A stretch of DNA of 64,000 nucleotides from SAR86 cluster bacterium (GTDB lineage: Bacteria > Pseudomonadota > Gammaproteobacteria > Magnimaribacterales > AG-339-G14). Position 1 is the first letter of the stretch, and every line of letters begins with the position of its first letter. The notes beneath the pieces are model-generated. The model made no database searches. It saw nothing but the letters and a program-made list of their open reading frames with translations, and had not been told where the DNA came from. The translations under genes were made by a program, and so were the position numbers. Location of the stretch: NCBI GenBank assembly GCA_023703675.1, contig CP097974.1, positions 1,072,656 to 1,136,655 on the forward strand, given 5' to 3'. Of the stretch, positions 15,179 to 24,605 are shown one piece after another.

Positions 15179-17662
15179 GTGCGCTTAAAAATTTTATTAA
15201 TAATTATTTCATTAAATCCTGTTTTAGGATTTTCTCAATCTACTCAAAACACTTTTAGTAATATTTCTGAAGAAGTCATTGTCACCGCGAGAAAACGAGA
15301 GGAAGGTTCTCAATCTGTACCTATTTCAATTTCTGCATTTTCTGGTGAAACTCTTGAAGAAGTTGGTATTTTCACCTACGAAGATCTTGATCGAGTTTCG
15401 CCTAATCTACAAGTCGTTAAGAATGGTGCTTATGGAACATCTGCTGTAACAATTAGGGGTGTTGGCGGAAGTGGATTTTCGGTTACTTCTGAGTCTCAAG
15501 CGGCAACATACATAGATGGAATTTATGTCTCGAGAACTCAAGGAAATTTCCTAGACCTTTGGGATTTAAATAGAGTGGAAGTTCTAAAAGGGCCTCAAGG
15601 AACTTTATTTGGAAAAAACTCAACTGTTGGAGCCGTTTCTTTTTTTTACAACAAGCCAAGTCTGGAAAAAGAAAATTTTAAAGTAAGAATTGGTGCGGGT
15701 AGTGATTCAAGAGATGAATTGGCTTTTATGGCTAATTTACCTATTTCAGCTAATTCAGGGTTAAGGGTGTCGTATAGTAGCGAGAGACAAGATGGATACA
15801 TTTACAACAATACTTTAAATGATTTTTCTGGAGAAATAGATGCAGAAACTTTAAGAATATCTGGTTTGTATAAATTTAACGACGATTTTACTCTTAACCT
15901 TTCTCACGTTATTTACAACAGAGATGGAAGTCGTGCGCTAGGAGCCTGTAAAATCGTTGCCCACCCTTTGAACGGTTCTGGAGCTATTGGCATAAACGCT
16001 TCAGCTTTAATGGGAGCTGCGGCAGTTGCTGATCCAACGCTAGCTGCAGCTATTCAGAATAATTGTAATGCTAGCGTTCCTGGAGTAAGTGGCACTTCTC
16101 TGAGTAGTCCTAGAGTAGAAGATGATTTAGAAAGAACAACTTTAGATTTTAATTATTCTAATGATTATGGCGACTTAAAGCTTTTGATAGGAAGCACTCA
16201 ATTGGATTCTTTGAATGGAAATCTAGGGTTAAGTGTTGGTGGCAATAGACCTTCAAATGCTTTGCCATCCGATGGTAAAAAAGCTGCCGGATATCTTGAT
16301 CCAAGAGACATCGTAAACGATGCCAACGCAAATCAAATTGAACTGAGGTGGTCTGGTAAAGCTTTGAATGGAAAACTTGATTACGTTATTGGTGCGTATA
16401 CTTTTGATGAGGCTGGAATCAACCAACTGAACACAATGTATTATGACGGAGTCGGAACTGATGAAACCCAAGCAACAGTTGATGCAAGAGCTAATGTCAT
16501 GCTGGCTTCTGTGTTTGCTTTGTTAGGAAAAGATTGTTCTGACCCAGCTACCCAAGCCAGATACTGTGCAACTGTTCAAAGTCTACAAGCTTTTAGTTCT
16601 CAGCAAACTACTTTTGCAGAAAATGACTCTACCGCATATTTCTTTGAAGGCACATATGCATTGAATGATAAAACTAACATGACACTTGGTTTCAGAACAT
16701 CCAAGGAAAACAAGATGGTAAAAACTTATTCAGACGCAATAATTCCTGGGCTGAGTAATGGCTTTGGAGGGGTAAGATCGCCCGTAGCGCAAACATGCTC
16801 TCAAACATTTTTTCAAGGCACTGCTTTAAATTTTGGACCTGCTGGAACTTTTTACAAAGACTCCTATTGTTTAGGAAATGAAGAGTTTAAAAACGATTCT
16901 TCCAGATTTGCTATCGATTATTCTTTGAATAATGACTCTTTAATATACTTTTCTTATGCAAAAGGCTTTGCCTCTGGGGGATTTAGTAATGACGACAAAG
17001 TTACAGGCTTCCCAGCAGAAACTGCGGACAATTATGAAATCGGAACCAAAGGAACTTACCTGAACAATAGACTGCAGTTGAACGCAAATTTATTTTTCTT
17101 TGAATACGTCAATAACCAAAGGACTATTGGAAAGATTGCTCAAAACGGAGTTGCTTCTATAGTTACTGTTCCCATTCAAAAAGCTGAAGTGGACGGTTAT
17201 GAAATCGAATTGAAATATTCATTAACGGACAATCTATCCTTATTGTCTTCTAGAGGAGTTTACGGAGGAAAATACAAAGAGTTTTTTGACGACAGTGGTA
17301 ACGACTTCACAAAATATGCTTATGATGCAGAGGGTCCTGAATCTAGAACGAATTTTACGTTTTTGCATAACTTTTCTTTAAGGGGAGGATCTGTATTAAC
17401 TTCTCTCAGTTGGACTCATGTTGGTGACGATTTCACAACTACAGAGCTTTACGACTATTCTCAGCTTCATAGCTATTCAACTTTGGACTTTAACTCGAGT
17501 TGGCAAATTTCTGATAGTCAGACCATATCTTTAATTGGAAAAAATATAACAGACGAATTATATGGCTACGCTCAATTTGGAGATCCTTTTCTTGCAAGTT
17601 TTCAAACAACTTATTACGCTCCTGGGGAAGAGTGGAAATTAACTTATCAGCAATCCTTCTAA
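15179..17662 (+). CDS. TonB-dependent receptor
   Basis: GTG start preceded by ggggg. Signal peptide. Plug motifs EEVIVTARKREE and VEVLKGPQGTLFGKNS. Long beta-barrel ending ...TYQQSF (terminal Phe). Confidence 0.9.
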   Translation: MRLKILLIIISLNPVLGFSQSTQNTFSNISEEVIVTARKREEGSQSVPISISAFSGETLEEVGIFTYEDLDRVSPNLQVVKNGAYGTSAVTIRGVGGSGFSVTSESQAATYIDGIYVSRTQGNFLDLWDLNRVEVLKGPQGTLFGKNSTVGAVSFFYNKPSLEKENFKVRIGAGSDSRDELAFMANLPISANSGLRVSYSSERQDGYIYNNTLNDFSGEIDAETLRISGLYKFNDDFTLNLSHVIYNRDGSRALGACKIVAHPLNGSGAIGINASALMGAAAVADPTLAAAIQNNCNASVPGVSGTSLSSPRVEDDLERTTLDFNYSNDYGDLKLLIGSTQLDSLNGNLGLSVGGNRPSNALPSDGKKAAGYLDPRDIVNDANANQIELRWSGKALNGKLDYVIGAYTFDEAGINQLNTMYYDGVGTDETQATVDARANVMLASVFALLGKDCSDPATQARYCATVQSLQAFSSQQTTFAENDSTAYFFEGTYALNDKTNMTLGFRTSKENKMVKTYSDAIIPGLSNGFGGVRSPVAQTCSQTFFQGTALNFGPAGTFYKDSYCLGNEEFKNDSSRFAIDYSLNNDSLIYFSYAKGFASGGFSNDDKVTGFPAETADNYEIGTKGTYLNNRLQLNANLFFFEYVNNQRTIGKIAQNGVASIVTVPIQKAEVDGYEIELKYSLTDNLSLLSSRGVYGGKYKEFFDDSGNDFTKYAYDAEGPESRTNFTFLHNFSLRGGSVLTSLSWTHVGDDFTTTELYDYSQLHSYSTLDFNSSWQISDSQTISLIGKNITDELYGYAQFGDPFLASFQTTYYAPGEEWKLTYQQSF

Positions 17663-17668
17663 GAGCTT

Positions 17669-18310
17669 TTATTTTTTTAAAAACTTGTAATAAGTCCAAT
17701 AGAGCCCCGCAGGCAATATCGCAGCTCCTATAAGAGCTAATGTAGATGAATTTGTTTCCATAGCAGCTGCGCCAATACCCGAAAAAATAACAGCCACGCC
17801 AATATTAGTTAATCCAATTACAACCAAAAAATTTTTAAAGGGCATTTTTGCTAGTCCAGCACTTATAGTAATAAGCTCGGCAAAAGCCGGAATTGGTCTT
17901 GAAAGAATTAACCCTAGAACGCTAAAATTTTTTAACGATTTTTCAGCCTCAATAAAATCACTTTCACTTATCATTTTTTTTGCCAAAGGTCTCGCTGCAA
18001 ATCTACCTAAAATATAGCCAACACAAGCTCCAAAGTTCAAGCCTATCCAAACAACAAATGATGCAAGCGCCCAGCCAAGTGAGATGCCAGCTAATGTATT
18101 TGTTAAACCATTAGGCACGGGTAAGAGAACATCGGCAGTTAAGGCAATTATCACCACTATGGCGATAAAAAATTCGTTATTACCAGCCCAATCCAAGACG
18201 GCTTCGCCGTAGTTAGAAAGAGGACCTTCAAAAAGAGTTAGTGGTAGGATCAAAGAAGTAAAAACGATTATTATGAATATCGTCCATCTAAGCCAAGTTG
18301 CAAAATTCAT
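17669..18310 (-). CDS. DedA/TVP38 (VTT domain) family membrane protein
   Basis: 213 aa, polytopic. LLPVPNGLTNTLAGISLG and GYILGRFAARPLAKK are typical of TVP38/TMEM64-DedA proteins. The start overlaps the sulfatase stop as ATGA. Confidence 0.7.
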   Translation of the reverse strand: MNFATWLRWTIFIIIVFTSLILPLTLFEGPLSNYGEAVLDWAGNNEFFIAIVVIIALTADVLLPVPNGLTNTLAGISLGWALASFVVWIGLNFGACVGYILGRFAARPLAKKMISESDFIEAEKSLKNFSVLGLILSRPIPAFAELITISAGLAKMPFKNFLVVIGLTNIGVAVIFSGIGAAAMETNSSTLALIGAAILPAGLYWTYYKFLKK

Positions 18311-19878
18311 TTACTTCTTAAAAATTTAAAATAAATTAGAGGAGCCAATATTAATAATACTAAGATTGTTAGATACTCTTTGAAAGCCAAAGTCAAAATC
18401 CATAAAGTTATAAAAAAAGTATTAATAGTATTCGGTGGAGGGTTGAGCTCATAATTTCCCTCCAACCAAGGCGAAGCTAAAGATTCTCCTCCTTGTCTGT
18501 CATCACCATGCAAGTAAGCATGGGCAGGATTCATATCGCCTACAACGTCTCGCTCTACAATCGAAGAGAGGGTTTTTTTCATCTTTTCAAAAACCTCAGG
18601 TTCTTCTTCTGAGAGATCAACTGCTTCGTAAGGATCATCCAAGATGTTGTACAAACTGTAAGAAGCAGAGACAGGTATCAATTGAGGTCTGGATGAATAA
18701 AGTTTCCATTGACCATCGAATAAAGCTCTCTCATCTGCAATTACTCTAGCCCCAACAAACGCATTTTCTGGAGCGATTACTGTATTAGAAATTAGATTAT
18801 CCCATTTATTTTTGCCGTCTAATTTTTCCATTCCTTCCGTTTCGATATTTGCTGCAGCCAGCAAAGTAGGTAATAGATCTTGAACAAAGAAAAATTGATC
18901 AGATTTAGAGTCTTCAATCACGCCCTTCCACCAGATAGCTGCTGGAACTCTGATGCCCCCTTCAAGTGCTGAAACTTTACTGCCTCTCAACCCAGCAGTA
19001 CTACCTTTGGCATCTATTAAATTCGGTGCGATGACCTTTACAATTGGATCAATATCAAAAACAGGGCCATTGTCACTAAAAAATACAATAATAGTCTCTT
19101 CTAATATCCCTTCACTCTCAACGGCTTGAATTATTCTTCCTATTTCTCTATCTAAGGCAGAAACATTGGCAGCGTAAACTCTGTCTTTTTTATCTTCTAA
19201 GTATGAAAAAGCTTCAATATCTTTTGGTTCAGCCTGAATTGGAGTGTGCGGCGCATTAAAGGCTACGTAGAGAAAAAGAGGTGTATTTTGATCCTTATTT
19301 TGAATAATTTTAATGGCCTCGGTTGCAATTAACTCAGTTGAATACCCTTCTTCATATAATGTCTTTCCATTCCTGTGCCAATCCAACCGACCTGCAGCGG
19401 TATGATCAAAATACCCGATGCCTCCAGTCATGTGCCCATAACTACTATCAAACCCCCTGTTAGTTGGCCAAAATTCTTTTTTTGCCATACCCAAATGCCA
19501 TTTTCCCGATAGCGCTGTTTGATATCCTGCCTCCTTAAAATACTGAGGCATAATCTTCAAATCTGATGGCATTCCAGTTTGTTCTGCAGCTGGATTCATG
19601 AAAGGCCTCACAACACCGTGATTGAATATATGTAAACCTGTCAACATAGAAGCTCTCGTTGGACTGCATACAGGGTTAGAATAAAACCTATTCATTTCCA
19701 TCCCTTTTTCAACTAGTTGGTCAATATTTGGGGTTGGTATAAAGCCTCCATGATAAGAAACATCACCCCATCCTAGATCATCCGTTAAGATTATTAAAAC
19801 GTTTGGATTATCGGAGGCTTTTGTAAGAAATGAACTAAATATAGCTAAAAAAATAACGCAAGACTTAATCCACTTCAT
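18307..19878 (-). CDS. Cys-type (formylglycine) sulfatase with C-terminal transmembrane anchor
   Basis: LTDDLGWGD and the CSPTRASMLTG (CxPxR) signature. Signal peptide from MKWIKSCVIFLAIFS, hence start trimmed from 19959 to 19878. Hydrophobic C-terminus FFITLWILTLAF...LVLLILAPLIYF. Confidence 0.85.
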   Translation of the reverse strand: MKWIKSCVIFLAIFSSFLTKASDNPNVLIILTDDLGWGDVSYHGGFIPTPNIDQLVEKGMEMNRFYSNPVCSPTRASMLTGLHIFNHGVVRPFMNPAAEQTGMPSDLKIMPQYFKEAGYQTALSGKWHLGMAKKEFWPTNRGFDSSYGHMTGGIGYFDHTAAGRLDWHRNGKTLYEEGYSTELIATEAIKIIQNKDQNTPLFLYVAFNAPHTPIQAEPKDIEAFSYLEDKKDRVYAANVSALDREIGRIIQAVESEGILEETIIVFFSDNGPVFDIDPIVKVIAPNLIDAKGSTAGLRGSKVSALEGGIRVPAAIWWKGVIEDSKSDQFFFVQDLLPTLLAAANIETEGMEKLDGKNKWDNLISNTVIAPENAFVGARVIADERALFDGQWKLYSSRPQLIPVSASYSLYNILDDPYEAVDLSEEEPEVFEKMKKTLSSIVERDVVGDMNPAHAYLHGDDRQGGESLASPWLEGNYELNPPPNTINTFFITLWILTLAFKEYLTILVLLILAPLIYFKFLRSK

Positions 19879-19951
19879 GACTTTTTTAATTTTTAGAATT
19901 TTTCCCCTTTGAAATGCTATTCTATCAAATAAGTTAAATGGATTTACTTTT

Positions 19952-20437
19952 ATGAGCAATAAATTGAAAGACCTATCAAAACTAAAATCATTATCAGAAG
20001 CTATGCTTCATTTCGAACTATCAAAATACGAAGTGTTTTCTAAATTTGCTGAAACTTCAGATTGGAATCAGGTTTATGTGAATGATAGTAGGTATGAGCT
20101 CATCAGATTAATTATGATTTCTAATTTTGTATCAAAGGGCTATTTCACGATGAGTGATTTGGTTGGTGTAACTAATTTAAATACAAGAAGTATTGAAAGA
20201 TTAATTAGCAGATCGACTAAAGCTAACTATTTTGTAAAAAAACCTAGTAAGGACAAAAGAGTGATTGAGTATCACCCAACTGAAGAGACTTTTTCTATGA
20301 TAGCGATGCATCTTTCCTTAATGGAGGTGCTTATGAATTCATTAGGGGAGGGAGTAAAAGAGGTTTACGAAAAGAATCTTAATATTTCCGCAGAAGAATT
20401 AAGAAAGATAATTGAAGAATTGGAAAGTAGAAATTAA
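19952..20437 (+). CDS. Putative winged-helix (MarR-like) transcriptional regulator
   Basis: 161 aa. The segment MSDLVGVTNLNTRSIERLISRSTKANYFVKK...RVIEYHPT looks like an HTH plus wing. Divergent from the sulfatase gene. Family assignment is tentative. Confidence 0.4.
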   Translation: MSNKLKDLSKLKSLSEAMLHFELSKYEVFSKFAETSDWNQVYVNDSRYELIRLIMISNFVSKGYFTMSDLVGVTNLNTRSIERLISRSTKANYFVKKPSKDKRVIEYHPTEETFSMIAMHLSLMEVLMNSLGEGVKEVYEKNLNISAEELRKIIEELESRN

Positions 20438-20440
20438 AAA

Positions 20441-20468
20441 AGGCGTCTAATTCCTTAGACGCCTTTTT
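20441..20468. terminator. Bidirectional Rho-independent terminator between convergent genes
   Basis: Perfect 10-bp stem aggcgtctaa/ttagacgcct with loop ttcc. Flanked by aaaaa on the left and tttt on the right. Confidence 0.85.
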
Positions 20469-20479
20469 GATGAATAAAC

Positions 20480-22984
20480 TTAAAAGTTACTTGTTACTTC
20501 AATACCGTATCTTCTTCCATCGGCCATAGCATAACGCTGGCCTCCACCACCACTTCTTCCAAGTTCAAGCGCTACTCGCTTGTACTCAAAATCACTACAG
20601 TTAGTGCAGAAAAAGCCAATGTCAAAGTTGCCTGCTCTTTCAAGAGTTATATTTAAATTGACCATTGTAAAGTCTTGAACATCATTAACATTTGTCCAAG
20701 GATCTAGTCCTAAAACGTAATCGTCTTTATAAGCTGCCGCAAGACTGTAAACAATATCGCCTGCTGCAACTGGTTGCACGTGTTCGACACTAACGTTTAA
20801 GTTGTTTTCAGCACTTTGAGGCATTTGTTTCCCAGCAAGGTTTACTGCTGCAGAAGGATCTCTATCATCTAAGAATCTATCCCAACTGGCATCAATGTAA
20901 GAATAAGCAACGGAAAATCTAGTTTGCGGAGTTAAAGCCGTTCTGTAGGCTAAATCAAGACCATTGATAGTTGCGTCTCCAGTCTTTACACAACCTGCAG
21001 GACCAGCCGCCGTAGTGCAAACTAACAATTGTTGATGATCAGTATAATCGTAAGTGTAAGCAATGGCTTCTAATTGACTTTTACCCTCTTGAAGAGTTGC
21101 TTTGTAACCCAATTCAATCATTTCAAGTTCTTCCATGGCAGCAGGAGTATCTGCCGCTGATGCGCTGAAGTTAGCAAATCCTACGCTTCCTGCTTTGAAT
21201 CCAGCAGCAAAAGTTAACCAAGCCAAACTGTCATCACCGACATATTCAAGAGTTGCTTTGGGGTTAAATTCTTCATGAAAGGAACCATTGTTTACTACAA
21301 ATGGAGCGGTTACGAAAGGTACTCTAAGAGCATTTGTTGAACCAGTGTAAGTATAAGGCTTGTCATGATCAGTATATCTTCCTGCTAGTAATAAATTAAG
21401 TTGCTCTGTTAGAGGAAATTTAACATTGGCAAAAATTGCATTTGATTCGGTGTCCAAATCTACGTTTACTGAACTTGTCCACTCTCCGGTTAAAGCTTGG
21501 TTTAAATTTGCAACATCAATAGCATCAACAAACTCACCAAATGGAACAGGTCTTTGAGTAGTTGGATTCATGAAAGCTCTACAGTTTCCTGCAGTGGCAC
21601 AAGCTTGATATGCCGCAATAATATTTGGCACAGCTGCTGGATTTACACCAATTGTGTAATCTCCTGCAGCAGCTTCGGTAGTGTTAGCTGCAGAGACTGC
21701 AGCTGCAGCTGCTCCTAATCCAAAGGCGGCAGCAAAACTACTTTGATTTCCAGAGGCAAAGGTATCTAATCTTGAACCCTCGTCTCTCATTGCATAAACA
21801 CCTACTGACCATTCGATTTCATCAGAAGGATCTGAATCAAGTCTGAGCTCAAGTGAAGTAGTTTCGGTATCCGCAGCGTGTTCTTGAAATATTGCATTAA
21901 GATCTAATTGGTCAAAATCTCTGTCTTCAAAAGAATTAACCTTTTGGTATCCAAGGACTGAAGTCAATGACATTCCACCAAGATCAGTTGTTGAAGAAAA
22001 AGAGACATCCGTTGTTTCAACTACATTAAAACCCGAAATAGTCATCGCTTGGCTGTACTGATCCGAAAGTGCAGCTACTACTAAAGGGTTTGACATATTT
22101 GCTGTTCCTAAAGTCTGATAGGAAGACGGAGCTGCATTAGCTGAACAAACATCTCCATTGGTGTTATTTGCAGGTAACCCAGCAACTCCGAAATATTCAG
22201 CTGCTTGGCCAGGTGCTTTTGAATTACAAAGAAAAGCTACTTCAGAGATAGTAGCGTCTTGCTCAAGCAAAGTATTAGCCATTTTCAAATTCCATTCCGT
22301 GGCTCCAGCTTCTCCATAAAAAGAAAGCCTATAACCAGACAAATGGACTCCATCGTCTTGGCCAGAATTAGGGTCAAATGAAACTCCCTCATCGACTTCT
22401 TTAATTAGATTAAATCTAGCAGATACGGCATCGGTAATTCCACCTTGCAAACTTAAATTTAAATCTTGTCTACCATTGTTTCCACCTTTGATTTTTATTC
22501 GAGCGGATTGTTCTTGGGTTGGTTTTTTTGTAACAATGTTTACGATTCCACCTAAAGCATTAGTTCCATAAATTGCCCCTTGAGGTCCTTTTAAAATTTC
22601 TAATCTTTCAATGTCATCGAATCCGTTCATAAAAGTAGAAACTCTTGGCTGAGTTACTCCATCTACAACCATGGCAACAGATGGGTCAACAGCAATATCA
22701 AAACCATAGGTTCCTACACCTCTTATTCTTACTCCCATTCTGGCTTTTCCCTCTCCAGAGACTTGAACGTCAGGAGTTAAAAGAGCAATGTCGTCAATTG
22801 CGTTTACTCCGGCCTGATCAAGATCTTCTCCTGAAACAGCAACCAAAGCAGCTGACGTATCCATTAAAGTTGATTCTCTTTTTTGAGCGGTAACTACCAA
22901 CTCTTCTAAGACTGCATCTTGCGAAAATGCATATAAAGACGTGATTAACGGCGCTGCCATTAAACATAGCTTAAAAATTTTCAT
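20480..22984 (-). CDS. TonB-dependent receptor
   Basis: Signal peptide. Plug motifs EELVVTAQKRE and LEILKGPQGAIYGTNALGGIVNI. 834-aa barrel ending ...IEVTSNF. Confidence 0.9.
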   Translation of the reverse strand: MKIFKLCLMAAPLITSLYAFSQDAVLEELVVTAQKRESTLMDTSAALVAVSGEDLDQAGVNAIDDIALLTPDVQVSGEGKARMGVRIRGVGTYGFDIAVDPSVAMVVDGVTQPRVSTFMNGFDDIERLEILKGPQGAIYGTNALGGIVNIVTKKPTQEQSARIKIKGGNNGRQDLNLSLQGGITDAVSARFNLIKEVDEGVSFDPNSGQDDGVHLSGYRLSFYGEAGATEWNLKMANTLLEQDATISEVAFLCNSKAPGQAAEYFGVAGLPANNTNGDVCSANAAPSSYQTLGTANMSNPLVVAALSDQYSQAMTISGFNVVETTDVSFSSTTDLGGMSLTSVLGYQKVNSFEDRDFDQLDLNAIFQEHAADTETTSLELRLDSDPSDEIEWSVGVYAMRDEGSRLDTFASGNQSSFAAAFGLGAAAAAVSAANTTEAAAGDYTIGVNPAAVPNIIAAYQACATAGNCRAFMNPTTQRPVPFGEFVDAIDVANLNQALTGEWTSSVNVDLDTESNAIFANVKFPLTEQLNLLLAGRYTDHDKPYTYTGSTNALRVPFVTAPFVVNNGSFHEEFNPKATLEYVGDDSLAWLTFAAGFKAGSVGFANFSASAADTPAAMEELEMIELGYKATLQEGKSQLEAIAYTYDYTDHQQLLVCTTAAGPAGCVKTGDATINGLDLAYRTALTPQTRFSVAYSYIDASWDRFLDDRDPSAAVNLAGKQMPQSAENNLNVSVEHVQPVAAGDIVYSLAAAYKDDYVLGLDPWTNVNDVQDFTMVNLNITLERAGNFDIGFFCTNCSDFEYKRVALELGRSGGGGQRYAMADGRRYGIEVTSNF

Positions 22985-23005
22985 TTATTTTCCCCCATAT
23001 GTGTA

Positions 23006-23020
23006 AATTGCTAAGCAATT
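23006..23020. promoter_or_regulatory. Perfect 7-1-7 palindrome AATTGCT-A-AGCAATT 22-36 nt upstream of the TBDR start; candidate operator
   Basis: Read directly from the sequence. It lies in the 169-nt divergent region between the TBDR (22984) and the DUF1330 gene (23154). Confidence 0.3.
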
Positions 23021-23153
23021 CTGTTAAATATTACTGATTATTGTTTCTGAATTAAAGACAATTAAGCCGCCTTTGAGTCGGTAAATTAATATAAAGAAAA
23101 AATCTTGTTTTTTTTGTTAAGATATTTATTCGTCGAAAGTATGGGGTAAGACT

Positions 23154-23456
23154 ATGTCAAGTAAAGTATACGTGATTGCAAATTTTGAAATTAAAGATAC
23201 CGAGAATTTTCGTAACTATGAAAAAGGTTTTTTCGGGATTTTAAAAAAACATGGTGGTGAATTTATAACCTTTGATGATGCTCCAGAAAAAATTGAAGGC
23301 GAGGGTTTAAAAGGTCGAGTTGCAATGTGGACATTTAATTCAAAAGACGAGTTTGACAAGTGGTACAACGATGAGGAGTATCAAAACCTTTCGAAAGAAC
23401 ACAGACATCCAAATTCAATAATGCATAATTTATCTGTAATCAAAAGCTTGGGATAA
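23154..23456 (+). CDS. DUF1330 domain protein
   Basis: 100 aa. The VYVIANFEIKD...NYEKGFFGILKKHGGEF pattern is typical of DUF1330 (dimeric alpha/beta barrel). Confidence 0.65.
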   Translation: MSSKVYVIANFEIKDTENFRNYEKGFFGILKKHGGEFITFDDAPEKIEGEGLKGRVAMWTFNSKDEFDKWYNDEEYQNLSKEHRHPNSIMHNLSVIKSLG

Positions 23457-23457
23457 A

Positions 23458-24588
23458 ATGCAGCTAAATTTTTTTAATAAACCTCACTTCGAAAATGGAT
23501 CTTTAAAGAAAATTTCAGAGGTTTTAAAAGCTCATGGAATAAAAAAACCTCTCATTTGCACAGATCCTGGACTTTCGTCTATTGGGATGACAGATAAAAT
23601 TAGAAATCTTTTGTCTAACGAACTTTCTCCTACATTTTACGAAGAAACTCCAGCAAATCCTACAGAGAAGGCAGTTAATGAAGCTCTGGATGCTTACAAA
23701 ACTAACGATTGTGATGGAGTAATCGGATTTGGTGGTGGATCCAGCATGGACCTAGGTAAAGCTGTTGCATTAATGGCCAATCATGAAGGAGATGTAGTGG
23801 ACTATTCTCTGAATGAAGGAGGTTTTGGGAAAATAAACAAAACTGTTCCTATGATTGCTATTCCAACAACTTCTGGAACAGGAAGTGAAGTTTCAGTTGG
23901 TTCTGTAATAATTATGAATGATGGTAGGAAACTTATTTTAGCAAGTGAACATTTAAGACCAGCCGCTGCAATATGTGATCCAGAACTTACACTAGGCTTG
24001 CCGCCAATCTTGACAGCCGGGGCAGGAATGGATGCTTTAACTCATTGCATTGAAGCTATCATGTCACCAATTAACGATCCGCCAGCCGAAGCAGTTGGCT
24101 TGGATGGTATTGAAAAAATAATAAAGAAAGAAAGTCTTGTCAGAGCTTGTGAAGATGGTCAGGATAAGGATGCGAGATGGAATATGATGATGGCCTCTAC
24201 TGAGGGAGCTATGGCATTTACAAAAGGACTGGGAGCAGTTCATTCCATGAGTCATGCCATTGGTGCTGATCAAGAACTAAGGTTGCACCACGGAACTCTA
24301 AATGGAGTTATATTACCTACTGTATTGAGATTTAATAAAGATCATGTGGGTGATAAGTATCCAAGAATTGCGCAAGCTATGGGGAAAAATGAATCGGCAG
24401 ACCTTGCGACAGAAATTGAGAAATTAAATGAAAAGATTGGTTTGCCCGGAGGACTAAAAGAAATGGGAGTTACCGAAGATATGATTCCTGAACTTGTAAA
24501 ACATTCGATAACTGATCCAAGTAACGTGACAACGCCAAGATTACCTAATCCTGAAGAATGGGAAAGATTATTTTTAGATGCAATGTGA
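23458..24588 (+). CDS. Iron-containing (group III) alcohol dehydrogenase
   Basis: GFGGGSSMDLGKAVA, and His-rich metal site contexts DALTHCIEA and HSMSHAIG. 376 aa. Confidence 0.85.
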   Translation: MQLNFFNKPHFENGSLKKISEVLKAHGIKKPLICTDPGLSSIGMTDKIRNLLSNELSPTFYEETPANPTEKAVNEALDAYKTNDCDGVIGFGGGSSMDLGKAVALMANHEGDVVDYSLNEGGFGKINKTVPMIAIPTTSGTGSEVSVGSVIIMNDGRKLILASEHLRPAAAICDPELTLGLPPILTAGAGMDALTHCIEAIMSPINDPPAEAVGLDGIEKIIKKESLVRACEDGQDKDARWNMMMASTEGAMAFTKGLGAVHSMSHAIGADQELRLHHGTLNGVILPTVLRFNKDHVGDKYPRIAQAMGKNESADLATEIEKLNEKIGLPGGLKEMGVTEDMIPELVKHSITDPSNVTTPRLPNPEEWERLFLDAM

Positions 24589-24605
24589 GGAGTTTTAATT
24601 AAATT

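Noticed and set aside
20480-22984. Visibly higher G+C of the second TBDR gene as evidence of recent horizontal transfer.
   Set aside because: The enrichment tracks Gly/Ala/Thr-rich barrel and Ala-run segments (amino-acid composition). The NMO gene shows the same effect. I could not compute codon-position statistics.
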